In this document: piece after piece, positions 49,821 to 60,447 of the stretch
Layout: every line of letters begins with the position of its first letter
Position numbering within the stretch: the first letter of the stretch is position 1
Assembly (NCBI GenBank): GCA_047495785.1
Contig: JBLDXI010000020.1
Span: 2,108,001-2,172,000, forward strand
Reading direction: 5' to 3'
Length of the DNA stretch: 64,000 nt
Source of the DNA: Lepidodermella squamata
Lineage: Eukaryota > Animalia > Gastrotricha
Notes under the pieces: generated by a model
The model's database searches: none
Told to the model about the DNA's origin: nothing
The model's input: only the letters and a program-made list of their open reading frames with translations
Made by a program: the position numbers and the translations under genes

Positions 49821-49997
49821 TAGAGCGTGTCCCATAATACGTTGCACAATTTAATTTGACAACTTATTGTAGAAAATGGATTGATCATACCGGGAAAGAA
49901 TCTGTCAACGATTTTACGGAAGAAGTTTCAAATTTATCGGAGAAAACCCGGAAAATCCCGATGGCAACTGATTCGGTAATTTTCGGTTTTCGGTATT
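49821..49997. mobile_element. Tc1/mariner-type MITE fragment (family copy 3, reverse of 6720-6922)
   Basis: Starts TA|GAGCGTGTCCCA; the core at 49932-49990 matches copy 1 reversed. Confidence 0.6.
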
Positions 49998-50304
49998 CTA
50001 CCAAATTCCTCCGGAATCCCATTGAAAAGTGATATACCTGATTACTATTCTCGCGACTTATTGCATTTTTTCGGCTTTCCTTTAATTTCAGAGTTCCTGA
50101 ACCGTTTTTTCGTGTATTTTCTTTGTTTGCGTCACTTGTGTCACCAATTATTGATTTCGTAAATGATTTGTTTGATATCAGAAGTCTTGGAAGGTAATAT
50201 TGAAAATTCAAAATTTAAACTAAAAATAATTTGACCCAATTCGTTTGAAAATAGCTTTATTTTCGAGTCTCATGCATGAAAGTTGAGAGTTTGCACATTA
50301 TAGT

Positions 50305-51498
50305 TCACCCAGTAGCAATTAAAAACGCATATAAATTGACTGCAACAAATGCAACGAAAGCAAACAAGACGAAAGCAAAATCGATAATTGCCAACCGCTT
50401 GATTTCTCTTTCGAACAATTTCGCTCCCTCACTGTTGGACAGCTTGAAAGTTACCGACTTTGACATGCTCTTAACTTTGTTCGCCCAATAATTTGCCAGC
50501 AGCGAGTAAGCAGTGCAGATCCATGAAATGCCCGAGCAAATATCGGTATAGTTGGAAATGAAAATTCGATACGGCTTCAATGGAATTCGACTGTTGATCT
50601 CAGTCTGTGCAAAGGTCAACGCTAATAGTAGGGTCATTGTGAAAACAGCTCGATCTGGCTCATTAGCCGGCATAAAAAACGCGAAAAGGTTCAAACTAGC
50701 TAGTAGGCAGCAAGGCACCATCATGTTGTAGAAATACCCCTCTGGTTTCCTTGATAGTCGTAATGTAAACACGGCAGCACTTCGATTTCCATCAATGTTG
50801 ATCATTGTAGCATCGGTAGACCAGTTTTTCAACAGCCATGAATCGCCGATTTGGATGAAAGTGCTTTGAAAAGTAAGCTTGGACTTTGCAAATCTTGCCG
50901 CCTCGTTCCTTTCCCCAACCATAAAATTAATCGAACATTCTTGGGTATCGAATGGAAATTTCGAAAAGTCCATGTCACAAGTTGACTGAAACACCCCGTA
51001 GCGCTGTAGGGAGAACGTTAGGACGCCCTTAACGCCGTAAGGCAGCTGCATGAAAAACCTGCTCGAAAAATCTTCGTCCATTTCGTAGTCCTTCAACGTA
51101 TTAAGGTGATAGATATTAGGCGCCCATACAGCCTCTTCGTCAAGGTTTATCAACCCTTTTGGGTGTGGGTAGTTCGAAAATGCCGGGCAGCTGACGTTCC
51201 AGTTGATTCTGAGTGATCCTGATACGGAGATTACCTCATTAACGTCGTCGATTTCGCGAAATTTTAGCAGGTGAAAGATAGCGACAAGGTCGGTTGAGTC
51301 GCATGGTACCGAACCGATACCCTCCACCGTCCCAGACAGGCATGTTGGGGTGTAAATTTCGGTCAGGACATGCGAGCAATTTCGAAGCATTTCACTCGTC
51401 ACAGGGTCGCTGTCTTTCGCAGCCGCTGGGCCGATTGCAAGGATAAAAGTCATCACTTGCATAGCAATGAATGCTACATTTTCGGAAAAAATTGCCAT
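50305..51498 (-). CDS. Divergent intronless Cys-loop ligand-gated ion channel subunit (orphan)
   Basis: Signal peptide, VWAPNI, Cys-loop CDMDFSKFPFDTQEC, LRLSRKP..YFYNMMVPC (M1), EPDR-M2, four TM helices, short M3-M4 loop. Confidence 0.9.
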   Translation of the reverse strand: MAIFSENVAFIAMQVMTFILAIGPAAAKDSDPVTSEMLRNCSHVLTEIYTPTCLSGTVEGIGSVPCDSTDLVAIFHLLKFREIDDVNEVISVSGSLRINWNVSCPAFSNYPHPKGLINLDEEAVWAPNIYHLNTLKDYEMDEDFSSRFFMQLPYGVKGVLTFSLQRYGVFQSTCDMDFSKFPFDTQECSINFMVGERNEAARFAKSKLTFQSTFIQIGDSWLLKNWSTDATMINIDGNRSAAVFTLRLSRKPEGYFYNMMVPCCLLASLNLFAFFMPANEPDRAVFTMTLLLALTFAQTEINSRIPLKPYRIFISNYTDICSGISWICTAYSLLANYWANKVKSMSKSVTFKLSNSEGAKLFEREIKRLAIIDFAFVLFAFVAFVAVNLYAFLIATG

Positions 51499-52331
51499 TA
51501 ATTGAATTTCCGATGTGTCGGCATTTTTTTGCTAGCAGTTGAATGGTTATGCTATAGCATCGATTGAGAGTCTTATATCTTTGCTTTTATTTCACCGCAG
51601 TTTTATAATTCCCAATTAAAAACCGAATGCAAACTTTGCGTGCAGGATAAATAAGTGTTCAACTTGTCGGGCAAAGTGGATGAAAAATGATTGGCAACCA
51701 TGCTGGACACGCTTATTGATTTGTTTATTGATCGGTGATTTATGTAACTCAATGTATGTAACTCAATGCATAGTTCGGATGTTTTTGAAAGAAAATCCTC
51801 AGCTAACATGAAAATCCTCATGGGTTCCAATGTCGGTAAAATTTGAGCCAATGGGAATTTTAACCATTCGGATCTGATGTTGAGAAATCGCAGGTGCCTC
51901 TAGGTTGCCAGCCGTGCTTGATGACAATGCCGACTTCATAGAGAATAGAGCAACCTATTCACTATGGCCTGTAATCAAATCAATTTGAATCTGAACCTGC
52001 CGCTTGAAACTGCAGCTTCAATATTCGTATTCGGGTGTCCCAACTTAACAGTCATTGGTATGTTGCATTTGCACCGATTTCTGAGCAATCTGAACTTCTT
52101 TTGTCATCAATTCTATTATCAGCCCAACATATTCGATCTTCCAGAATTTGAATTTGTGTCCAATTGGTATATTCAGCCTAATGTGGTAACAGTCTGTAAT
52201 GTTTATGAGAGACATGAAGTTTGCGCAAGCTGGCGTCCATCCGAGTAACCTTTGCAGTAAGTATCTTGTTTGCAGATGTATGTTGACTTGTTTTCCTCCA
52301 CACCTTTCCATTTGTTGAGTTTTTCGAAAGC

Positions 52332-53095
52332 ATGCAGTTACTAATATGGATATTGATCGGCCTGCCCGCGTTGGCGCTGGCCCAGTATGGCGGTGGTGCA
52401 TTGATAGGTGGGATGCCTCATCGCCATGGCTACTACGGCATGGGCAATTTCCCTGGCGCATTCGGAGCCAACAATCCGAACGCTGGTTTTGCCTCAGGGG
52501 GAATGCATGCCATGAAAAACACCCACGGCAATTTTCGACCCGGTTCCTTGCCCGGTAGTGCGACGTACAACAACTACAACCGACCTAATTATGCGGGTGG
52601 TGGTAACTGGCCTCGGCCACCCAACAACGGAGGTTCAGGTGGCACGAAAAAGGGTGATATTTTGTCTTTATTCATCTGAACTGCGCCTTAAAATTTGTGA
52701 TTTTTCGCAGTGTATCACTTCTTGAAGGGACGCTACAACTTTACATCGGGCAACCAGCAGTGTGTGACAATGGGAGGGCGATTGGCAATGATTCGGAACC
52801 AGCAAGAAAACGATCAACTCACCCAGCTTCTTGGCAACAATTGGGCATGGATTGGTCTTTACAAGGTTTGCCGCTTTGCAATTCCTTAAAGTTTCAATAA
52901 TCACCCCTGAATTTATAGATGCCATCATGGAAGTGGATTGATGGGCGAGCGATGAGTTTCGGATCGGACTATTTAGCTTGGATGCCTGGAGAGCCGAACA
53001 GCCGCCAATCAGAAACTTGCGCCTACTTCAGAGAAGGCTTTTGGGATGAAGATCTATGCAATCGCGCCCACAATGCTGTTTGCGAGCTCTATTAG
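52332..53095 (+). CDS. Secreted C-type lectin with Gly/Asn/Pro-rich N-terminal region; exons 52332-52653, 52711-52865, 52919-53095
   Basis: Signal peptide; spliced CTLD QCVTMGGRLAMIRNQQEN...WAWIGLYK|MPSWKWIDG...WMPGEPNS..SETCA...WDEDLC...VCE. Confidence 0.9.
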
Positions 53096-53800
53096 AACCT
53101 TTTACCAACTTTTGCGTGTGTTCTTTGTTCATGTTTCACGGCTCACGACTCGTGCACTCCCAAAAAATCGGAAATTAGAAATAAAACTTCCACTTCAATC
53201 TGAACGAATGTTAACCCCAGATTTATCACGTCAGCTTTTTTTATTGTGAAAAGAGTATGTAACATCGCGCTGAATGATTGAACGATGGATTTCGCGGTCA
53301 AAATATCGTCATAAGCATAGTCTGATTCGGCCGAATTACTGTTGACTTTTGAGCCAGCAAAAATCAATTTTCGACTGAAAGAAGCCAATATGCTTGCATC
53401 AGATCATACGATTGAAAAAAGCTATCAAGTACAAGGCTCGAAAGAAGTACAAATATCAAAGATACGCGGAACGGAAATCATCATGTGACTAATTGATGCG
53501 ATCGATGATAAGGAAATCGCATGCGGAATTACAAAAAAATCAACCATTTGTCGGCATTATAACGTTTTTAAGAACAAAGTACAAAAGGCATGTGGGTAAA
53601 AAAATATTGCATTTTGTGTATCACCAAATCACCAATCGACAACAAAATGTTTTCCAATCTATAAAAGACACGAATGATTGCACCGGGAGCTTGTCTGATG
53701 TCAAAGTAGAAGTTTTCAACTCTTGATTTTCGGTTACAAGCCTTTGAACTGCTTTCTATTGATCTCTTCATTAATTGATAATAGAATTTAAAAAATATAC

Positions 53801-54000
53801 CGTTAGCGATGCGCCAAAACAACCACTTTGATGACTCATTCGATCGTACTTTCAGGAGCCTAGCGTAATGGTGAATTACGTTCAGCTGTTTTGAGCACTG
53901 GCCGTACTTTGCGTAATTTGCATTTACGTTCAAGGTTCAAACGTAGTTTCTATAAATTATCTGAAAATAGTAAAATGGTTGTTTTGGCGCGTCGCTAACG
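53801..54000. repeat. Short MITE-like inverted repeat
   Basis: CGTTAGCGATGCGCCAAAACAACCACTTT (53801-53829) pairs with AAAATGGTTGTTTTGGCGCGTCGCTAACG (53972-54000). Confidence 0.75.
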
Positions 54001-54154
54001 ATACTATAATTATAACCGGCAATAAAAAGGACTAGAAGTATGCACTTCTCGAAGAATTTTAGCTGAACTAGCCAGCAAACCGTTAAAAAATACTAAGGCC
54101 TTGTGTCCAGCATATCGCATGAGGCCCTACTAAACCGCACAAGTTGGATTTTTG

Positions 54155-55467
54155 CTAAGCCAACATCTTGACCCCATAATAGGTGACAACCGACATCCCA
54201 GTGAGAAGGGAAATTAGCGCAAACGTAAAATCTGCCACCCTGATCAGTCTCACACCCCCAGGAATACGAGTCATGCCAACCTTTCGACGCGCCATTTTCA
54301 AGTTACTTACACTGCTGGCTGTAAGCGCATAGGCCGTCAGAATAACGCAAATCAACATGAAACTGACCAGCACGTTGATAAGATAGACATCTTCTGATGT
54401 TCTAGGGATCAGCGTAAATACCAGGGTCAAAAGAACTGCAGTCGCCAAATTTACGGTGACGCAGAAATTAGGGCGATCCGGGTGTGAAGGGTCCATGATT
54501 AACGAAATAACCTGTAGAATGAACAATGTGAACATGGGCAACAAGACGTTGCCCACGTAATACTGATATTTTCGCTTCAGAGTAAGGCTAAGCGTGACAT
54601 GGCTGTAACCACCAGCGTCATAGACAATGCCAGTGTAATTAACAAAGGTCCATATATCGTCATCACGAAGTGGGTAGTAGTCCGGGGCAATGCCAACATA
54701 TTCGAAGCCAATGTCAACCTCATTGATGAGATTTTCGTTTTCCAACTCGAAGGTACATGTTGCTGTGTCGAACGGAAATTTGGTGTAGCTGAATTTGAAG
54801 CAGTTTGACGTAAAGGTTCGCACGGCATAGATGAGAAATTTAGGCCCTGGGAGTCGAAACGGTCGAACTTTTATCAATCTCTCCCTAATACGAAGAATTC
54901 CGATTTTAAAATGGTAGTTTCAAGCATTGAAACCCTACCCTCTCAAGGGTCTTGATTCTCCAATTGCGTTGATATGCTGCATATCTGGCCACCAAGCTTG
55001 ATCAGAAGGAATTTCGAACTGAATCCTGTCGAGAACATCTTGGCTTAGTTTTTCATAACCCGGCAGCAGAAGGTGTCGGAAGTCCTTCCCGCACGGCATG
55101 TCCCAGAAAACACGCAATGTCATTGCTACGGTCATACTGAAAAATCACGGCATTGAAATCTATAAAATGATATGGAAAATGGTACCTTTTACCTCATTGC
55201 TACATCGCTGACTTCGTTGATGCTGAATAGGTTGGATACCAGGTAACTGTTGATTGGTACCGAGTAGTTATTTATCTTTCTGTGGTAGGCCGCAGGTAGA
55301 TTGCTAGCCCTTGCTATCGGGCAATTTTCGTAGAATATATCTCGCATGACGTCTGGATTGTAGTCTGGCATCTCGTTTACTTGTGTTGTGTTCGTAGCAG
55401 TGATAGCCGACACGCCACTTTTGAAAACCAGATAAATTATAAAAATAAATTCCGTGGAAATCATCAT
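54155..55467 (-). CDS. Second divergent Cys-loop ligand-gated ion channel subunit; 3 exons
   Basis: ORFs 55189-55467, 54935-55135 and 54155-54877 join through two phase-2 GT..AG introns. AWWPDM, CFKFSYTKFPFDTATC, LKRKYQYYVGNVLLP, HPDR-M2, IPRTS, M4. Confidence 0.88.
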
Positions 55468-55884
55468 CTGTTATATGCCAGTCTAATTATGGAACAAAAC
55501 ACTATAATATTCCGCTAATATCCTTCGATGTATAAAGAGAAATATTGACTTAAGAACAGCATTTTCGATAGATAAAATGTTTACTCAGCTTTCCCGATAA
55601 TTACTTTCCTATAGTTCTACATCACAATTGCCCGAGGGTGACGGTGGCTCCCCTTTTAATATATTTATATGTTCCTTGGCGATGCGAATGGGGAAATCTG
55701 GGGTTAAATTCAAAATTTCAGGAATCCAGCAGGAAACATGAGAACAGAAAAAAATCAATGCCTTCGCACAATTTCTTAAAAAACTATTGTTCAAATGAGA
55801 AAGAAAGACGTCAATTAGAGGCTGAAATCTCGGCGCATTACTCGACGTCATCCTCGGGAATTAAGTAGAATAAAAAACTGTATG

Positions 55885-56156
55885 TCATTAATTATTAATT
55901 AAGAAAAGTCGGGCACGCATGATCGAGGAAGAAGCGGAAGGCTCTAGAAAATGACAAAAGTTAGGTACTATGAAGATACTTATTCGGTTCAGAACGATGA
56001 AGCAAGCGCAGCTAGTAGGTAAACCTTGGAATCTTGAAAATCTACTTATCGACATGGAGCGATTGAGCGTAATACCGGGTGATCGAAAAAGTTTGAAATG
56101 TCATTTAGAGGAAATTTCGACGACAGATCTAGGCAATCATTTGCAGTTACGAGGGA
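55885..56156. repeat. Interspersed/duplicated non-coding block, copy 1 (copy 2 at 63519-64000)
   Basis: TCATTAATTATTAATTAAGAAAAGTCGGGCACGCATGAT ... GACAGATCTAGGCAATC..TGCA.TTACGAGGG is colinear with the block at the window end. Confidence 0.9.
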
Positions 56157-56877
56157 AGTAACACTCAAACAAGATCCCTCGGAGCTCTAGGGAACTTCAA
56201 TAAATAACAGGGAAACGATAGATAACTGCTAGCCCCTATTTACAATGGTGGTTTATACAACCTGTAGTCATTCAAGAAAATTCCACGCGTAATGGGCGTG
56301 TTCTCTCTACTCGTACTTAATCTGTGGGGACAACCTAGGTTGCGTCTACTAAGACGTAATAATCCGCGATGAATTATGGAAAATGGAGACGGTAAATGAA
56401 AAAATTGGATTTTAAGCGCGTTTAATTATTCATTCTGGTGGACATTTCGATACAGAACATGAGGTCGTTACGAACCGAAGTCAACGCCGTAGACATTCAA
56501 AAATAGGTCTAGATTCTTGAAAATCCCGCCCGTCTAGTTATACAACCCCCGCAGGTTTACCATAATTTATTTTATTAATATTCATGCAAATCATTACTAG
56601 TCGATTTAACCTCGAAGCATTCATCAATATTATCCTCATGATATCAAAATAGCAATAGCTGTAAAACAAGTGTTCTGAGGACGTAGTAAGACATACAGCA
56701 TGATCGATCTGCGGTGGCATGTAATAGCTGACTCTCATCGGGAATTCTACTTTGAATTCAGCCAGCAAGCATATCCCTCAAGAGGTGGCCACTGCTCTGC
56801 GGCAATTAATCTTCGGCGTGACTGTTGAGAAACCAGTTATACACCGCGAGACGAATTGGCGTGATAAATCGCTGTAA

Positions 56878-59224
56878 CTAGAACTGTTCATAAATTGTTT
56901 TTCTGAAAATTCTTTAACACAATTGATTTCTGAACCGACTAAAAAGAATTCGAATAATATTCTGGATGTTGTGCTTACCAATTCCTTTTTAAATATTCAT
57001 GATATCTACGTGTCTGCTCCTTTCTCTACTAGTGATCACTTCTCCATCACTTTCGACCTCGACGCTGACTCTTGCCCTAAATCTAATAATAATTCGGCCT
57101 CACACAATTTTTATAAGGCTGATTATACTAATCTTACTTTAGCTTTAAATAACGTTAACTGGAATGATTTTTTTCTTGAGTGCGGTGGTGATATCGAACG
57201 CTCGTACGCTAAATTCAACTCATTCTTAATATATCTTGTGAATGAATTTGTTCCGCTACGCAGCTCTTATAAAAAACGCTTCAAATATCCAAAAAATATA
57301 AGAAAAATTGCTTCGAAAAAGCTGAATGTTTGGCGTAAACTTCGAAAAACTGCCTTTAAATCGCCAAACTATAATAGGTTGCTCTCTAATTTTAACAGAC
57401 TCGCTGCTGATTACAAAAAGGCCGTAGACAACTTTGAGAACGAAAATGTAAAAAATATGATCGCCTCAAATGACGTGTCAAAATTGTACAATTATGTTAA
57501 CTCGAAACTCCGAAACACTTCGAAAATTCCTGCGTTACTAGACAAGGATGGTGTACTCTGTCTTGATGATGCTAAGAAGGCTGAAGCTCTTAACAAACAA
57601 TTTTCCTCAGTTTTTACCTTAGACGACTTAATTACGCCTCAAACGTCTCCTCTTCTTGATGATAAAATCTCAAAAATTACCTTCGATGATAACGACTTGG
57701 AAGAAGCTCTAACTAATCTCTCGAATTCTTATGCTATATGTCCTGATGGGCTTCCTACGATTTTCTTCAAAAATTTAAAAAATCCCTTAATTGCACCTCT
57801 TCGTCATATTTTCAAGCTTTCTCTTACCAGTGGAAAGGTACCCGACTCTTGGAAAAGAGCACATGTAACTCCGATTCCAAAGAAGGGAAATTCGAAAAAT
57901 CCTGTTGACTATCGCCCTATATCTCTCACCTGCACGCCTAGTAGAATTCTCGAAACAATAATTCGAAATAAAATCCTCGACTTCCTCTTATATCACAGCA
58001 TTATTTCTGCGGATCAACATGGATTCATGCGACTTAAATCACCCGTTACTCAAATGCTTGAATGCGTGCTTGACTGGACCTTTGCCTTTGAATGCATGAA
58101 ATTTGCGGATATAGTCTACCTAGATCTTGCTAAGGCCTTCGACATTGTTTGCCATCGGAAACTCTTAATAAAACTTAAAGCTATTGGAGTTGATGGTAAT
58201 CTTCTAAACTGGCTATCTTCCTATCTTACTAATCGTACCCAACGTGTCAATGTCAACGGAACCCTAAGCGATGAAATTTGCGTAACCAGTGGCGTACCTC
58301 AGGGTTCCGTTCTGGGCCCTCTGTTATTTCTGCTCTACATTAATGACCTTACCGATATCCTACCTGAAGGTGTCTCCATTAAACTGTTCGCTGACGACTG
58401 CAAATTATACATAGTCTTTTGTAAAAATGATTCATCTCTCTCTAGGGGGAAACTTGCTTCAAAGATGTCTCAACTATAAAGACTTGGGTCTTCTTATTGA
58501 TGAAAAGCTAGAATTCAAAGCCCATATTAATTCGATTGTTTCTAAAGCCTACCTACGTGCAAACCTGATACTACGTGCTCTGAAAGGTCAGTCTCCTGAG
58601 ACGTTAGTACGTGCCTACTGTACATATGTTCGCCCGTTGCTAGAGTATTGTACTTGCATCTGGTCACCTTGGTTTAAAAATGAAATTGACAAATTAGAAA
58701 AATTGCAATCTTACTTTACTCGCCGTGCTCTTAATTTATCACCCTACGATCCTTCGCGCCCGTCCTATTCCGAGCGTCTAAAAAAATTTCGGCTAGTGTC
58801 TCTCGAAGAACGGCGCCTTATATACGATCTTTGCTTCCTTTTCAAAATAATAAATGGGTCTGTTAAAACATCTATCTCTAATAATATAAAATTTTTGTTG
58901 AATAACAATCGAGGTCATCGTTTTCGTTTCTCTGTTTTAAATCCGAATATGAAGTGCAAAAATCCCACCAAACCTATTTATAAGAACTATTTTTTGAACC
59001 GTACTGTAAACACTTGGAATCGATTGCCGACTACCGTATTTAACTTTGACGATAATTTACCTGCTGATATAAAGAACAATATCGTAAAACGAAATCTGTA
59101 CCGCGTGAATCTGAAGAAATATTGTAAAGGAAATCTTATTGCATCGGGTTAGTGTAAGAGGCCTGCGTGCCCTTCTAGTCCTGTGAACGAAGTTTGCAAA
59201 TAAATTGATTGATTGATTGATTGA
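56878..59224 (+). mobile_element. 5'-truncated CR1/L2-group LINE (end of endonuclease, RT, 3' UTR, (ATTG)n tail) with internal deletion/frameshift
   Basis: LDVVLTN..SDH (APE end), YRPISLT, QHGF, YLDLAKAFD, GVPQGSVLGPLLF, FADD, then YKDLG, YVRPLLEYC..WSP, WNRLP in a second frame. AATAAA at 59199 followed by (ATTG)5. Confidence 0.95.
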
Positions 59225-59608
59225 TAGAATTTGAGTTGGCGACCGCTTAATAAAGTTCTGCGTAAACGATTTCTTCCCATCAAAAAAGGTTACGATTTTC
59301 GTGAAAAGTTTTTCGATTGTTGACAGAAATTAGCGTTTTCATTTTTCCGTATGATCGATTGTAACGAATACTTAACGAATCAGAACAAATGGGATGCATG
59401 GCAAGGTTGCATGCGTCATCTCGCCCAAGATGTGGCAGCTAAATAAGAGTTTATTATTCATCCGATTATGCCAACATGTTTTGTGTAAGTAAGCTTCAGT
59501 GGAACGTTCAATGAATTTCCCGTTGTTGCGCGTCGCATCCGAAATATGGCCTTAAGAATCCAGTGATAAAAATGAAACCCACTGGTTTCAATCAAACGAA
59601 AAGCTAAG

Positions 59609-60307
59609 ATGGCTAACATCTTCATTGTTATTCTAATTTGCCTTGCCCCAGCATTAGTTCTTGGGGGTCGGTTGAAACCGGGCGGCTTGTTAGGTGACCG
59701 CAACAGACCCCGAGCTGGGGCTGGATCTCAAGCCTCTGCTAATCGCCCACTGGCAAGTCCCGGGGGAACCAGAAAAGGTCGTTTTGATCTTTTATCTTCC
59801 TTTATACCATAGAGATCAGGTTAATCTGATCTCTATGCTTTATACATGAGTGGGATTGCTTTTCAGTTTCAGATACATTCAAGGCTTCTTCGATTGGAAC
59901 AGGGCTTCGGAGCAATGCCGCAACGTCAATGGCCGATTAGCTGTCGTTGAAACGCAGCAACAGCACGAAGAAATTAAACGAATTCTCGGCAATAACTGGG
60001 CATGGATTGGTCTGCAAAAGGTAGTTGCTGATTTACTTTGACCACTGAACACTTGTTTGCCCTCTTGCATAGAATCCAACGTGGCGATGGGTTTCCGGCC
60101 GTGAGATGCGCCTAGCGAGTGCCTTTTCTGCTTGGACATCAGGTTTACAAATCTCACCGCATTGAATTCAATTTTCAGACTTAAGTTCTGATACTACCTA
60201 TAGGTCAACCGAGCAGCAGGAGAGAGGACATGTGCGCGTTTCACAAGGATGGTCTCAAGGAGGACCCGTGCCGACGTCATCACAACGCAATTTGCGAAGT
60301 AAGGTAA
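59609..60307 (+). CDS. Second secreted C-type lectin, paralog of 52332-53095; at least 4 exons, first junction frame-ambiguous
   Basis: Signal peptide, Gly/Arg-rich linker ending GTRK; CTLD QCRNVNGRLAVVETQQQH...LGNNWAWIGLQK|NPTWRWVSG...WTS|GQPSS..EDMCA...EDPC..HNAICE. Confidence 0.8.
59800..59845. mobile_element. Transposon excision footprint: 30-bp hairpin flanked by an 8-bp direct repeat
   Basis: CTTTATAC-[CATAGAGATCAGGTT AATCTGATCTCTATG]-CTTTATAC. Confidence 0.75.
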
Positions 60308-60447
60308 TTGAAATTGTTGAAGAAATTGTAAATTCGAGGAAGTAAAATAAATTGTTTTGATTGTTTTCTTCGATATTTATTACATACTTCAACTGCTACA
60401 CCTACAACACGAAATCATATCGATTCAAAGCCTATTAAAGTTTACAG

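Noticed and set aside
49388-49854. Two ORFs with near-identical peptide on opposite strands
   Set aside because: An artefact of the long inverted repeat of the MITE.
51603-52300. Short ORFs between channel 1 and lectin 1
   Set aside because: No recognisable motifs or consistent splice structure; treated as shared upstream region or unidentifiable decayed sequence.
58427-58479. Ribosomal frameshift in the LINE ORF2
   Set aside because: Conserved RT residues are missing at the junction, indicating a deletion rather than recoding.
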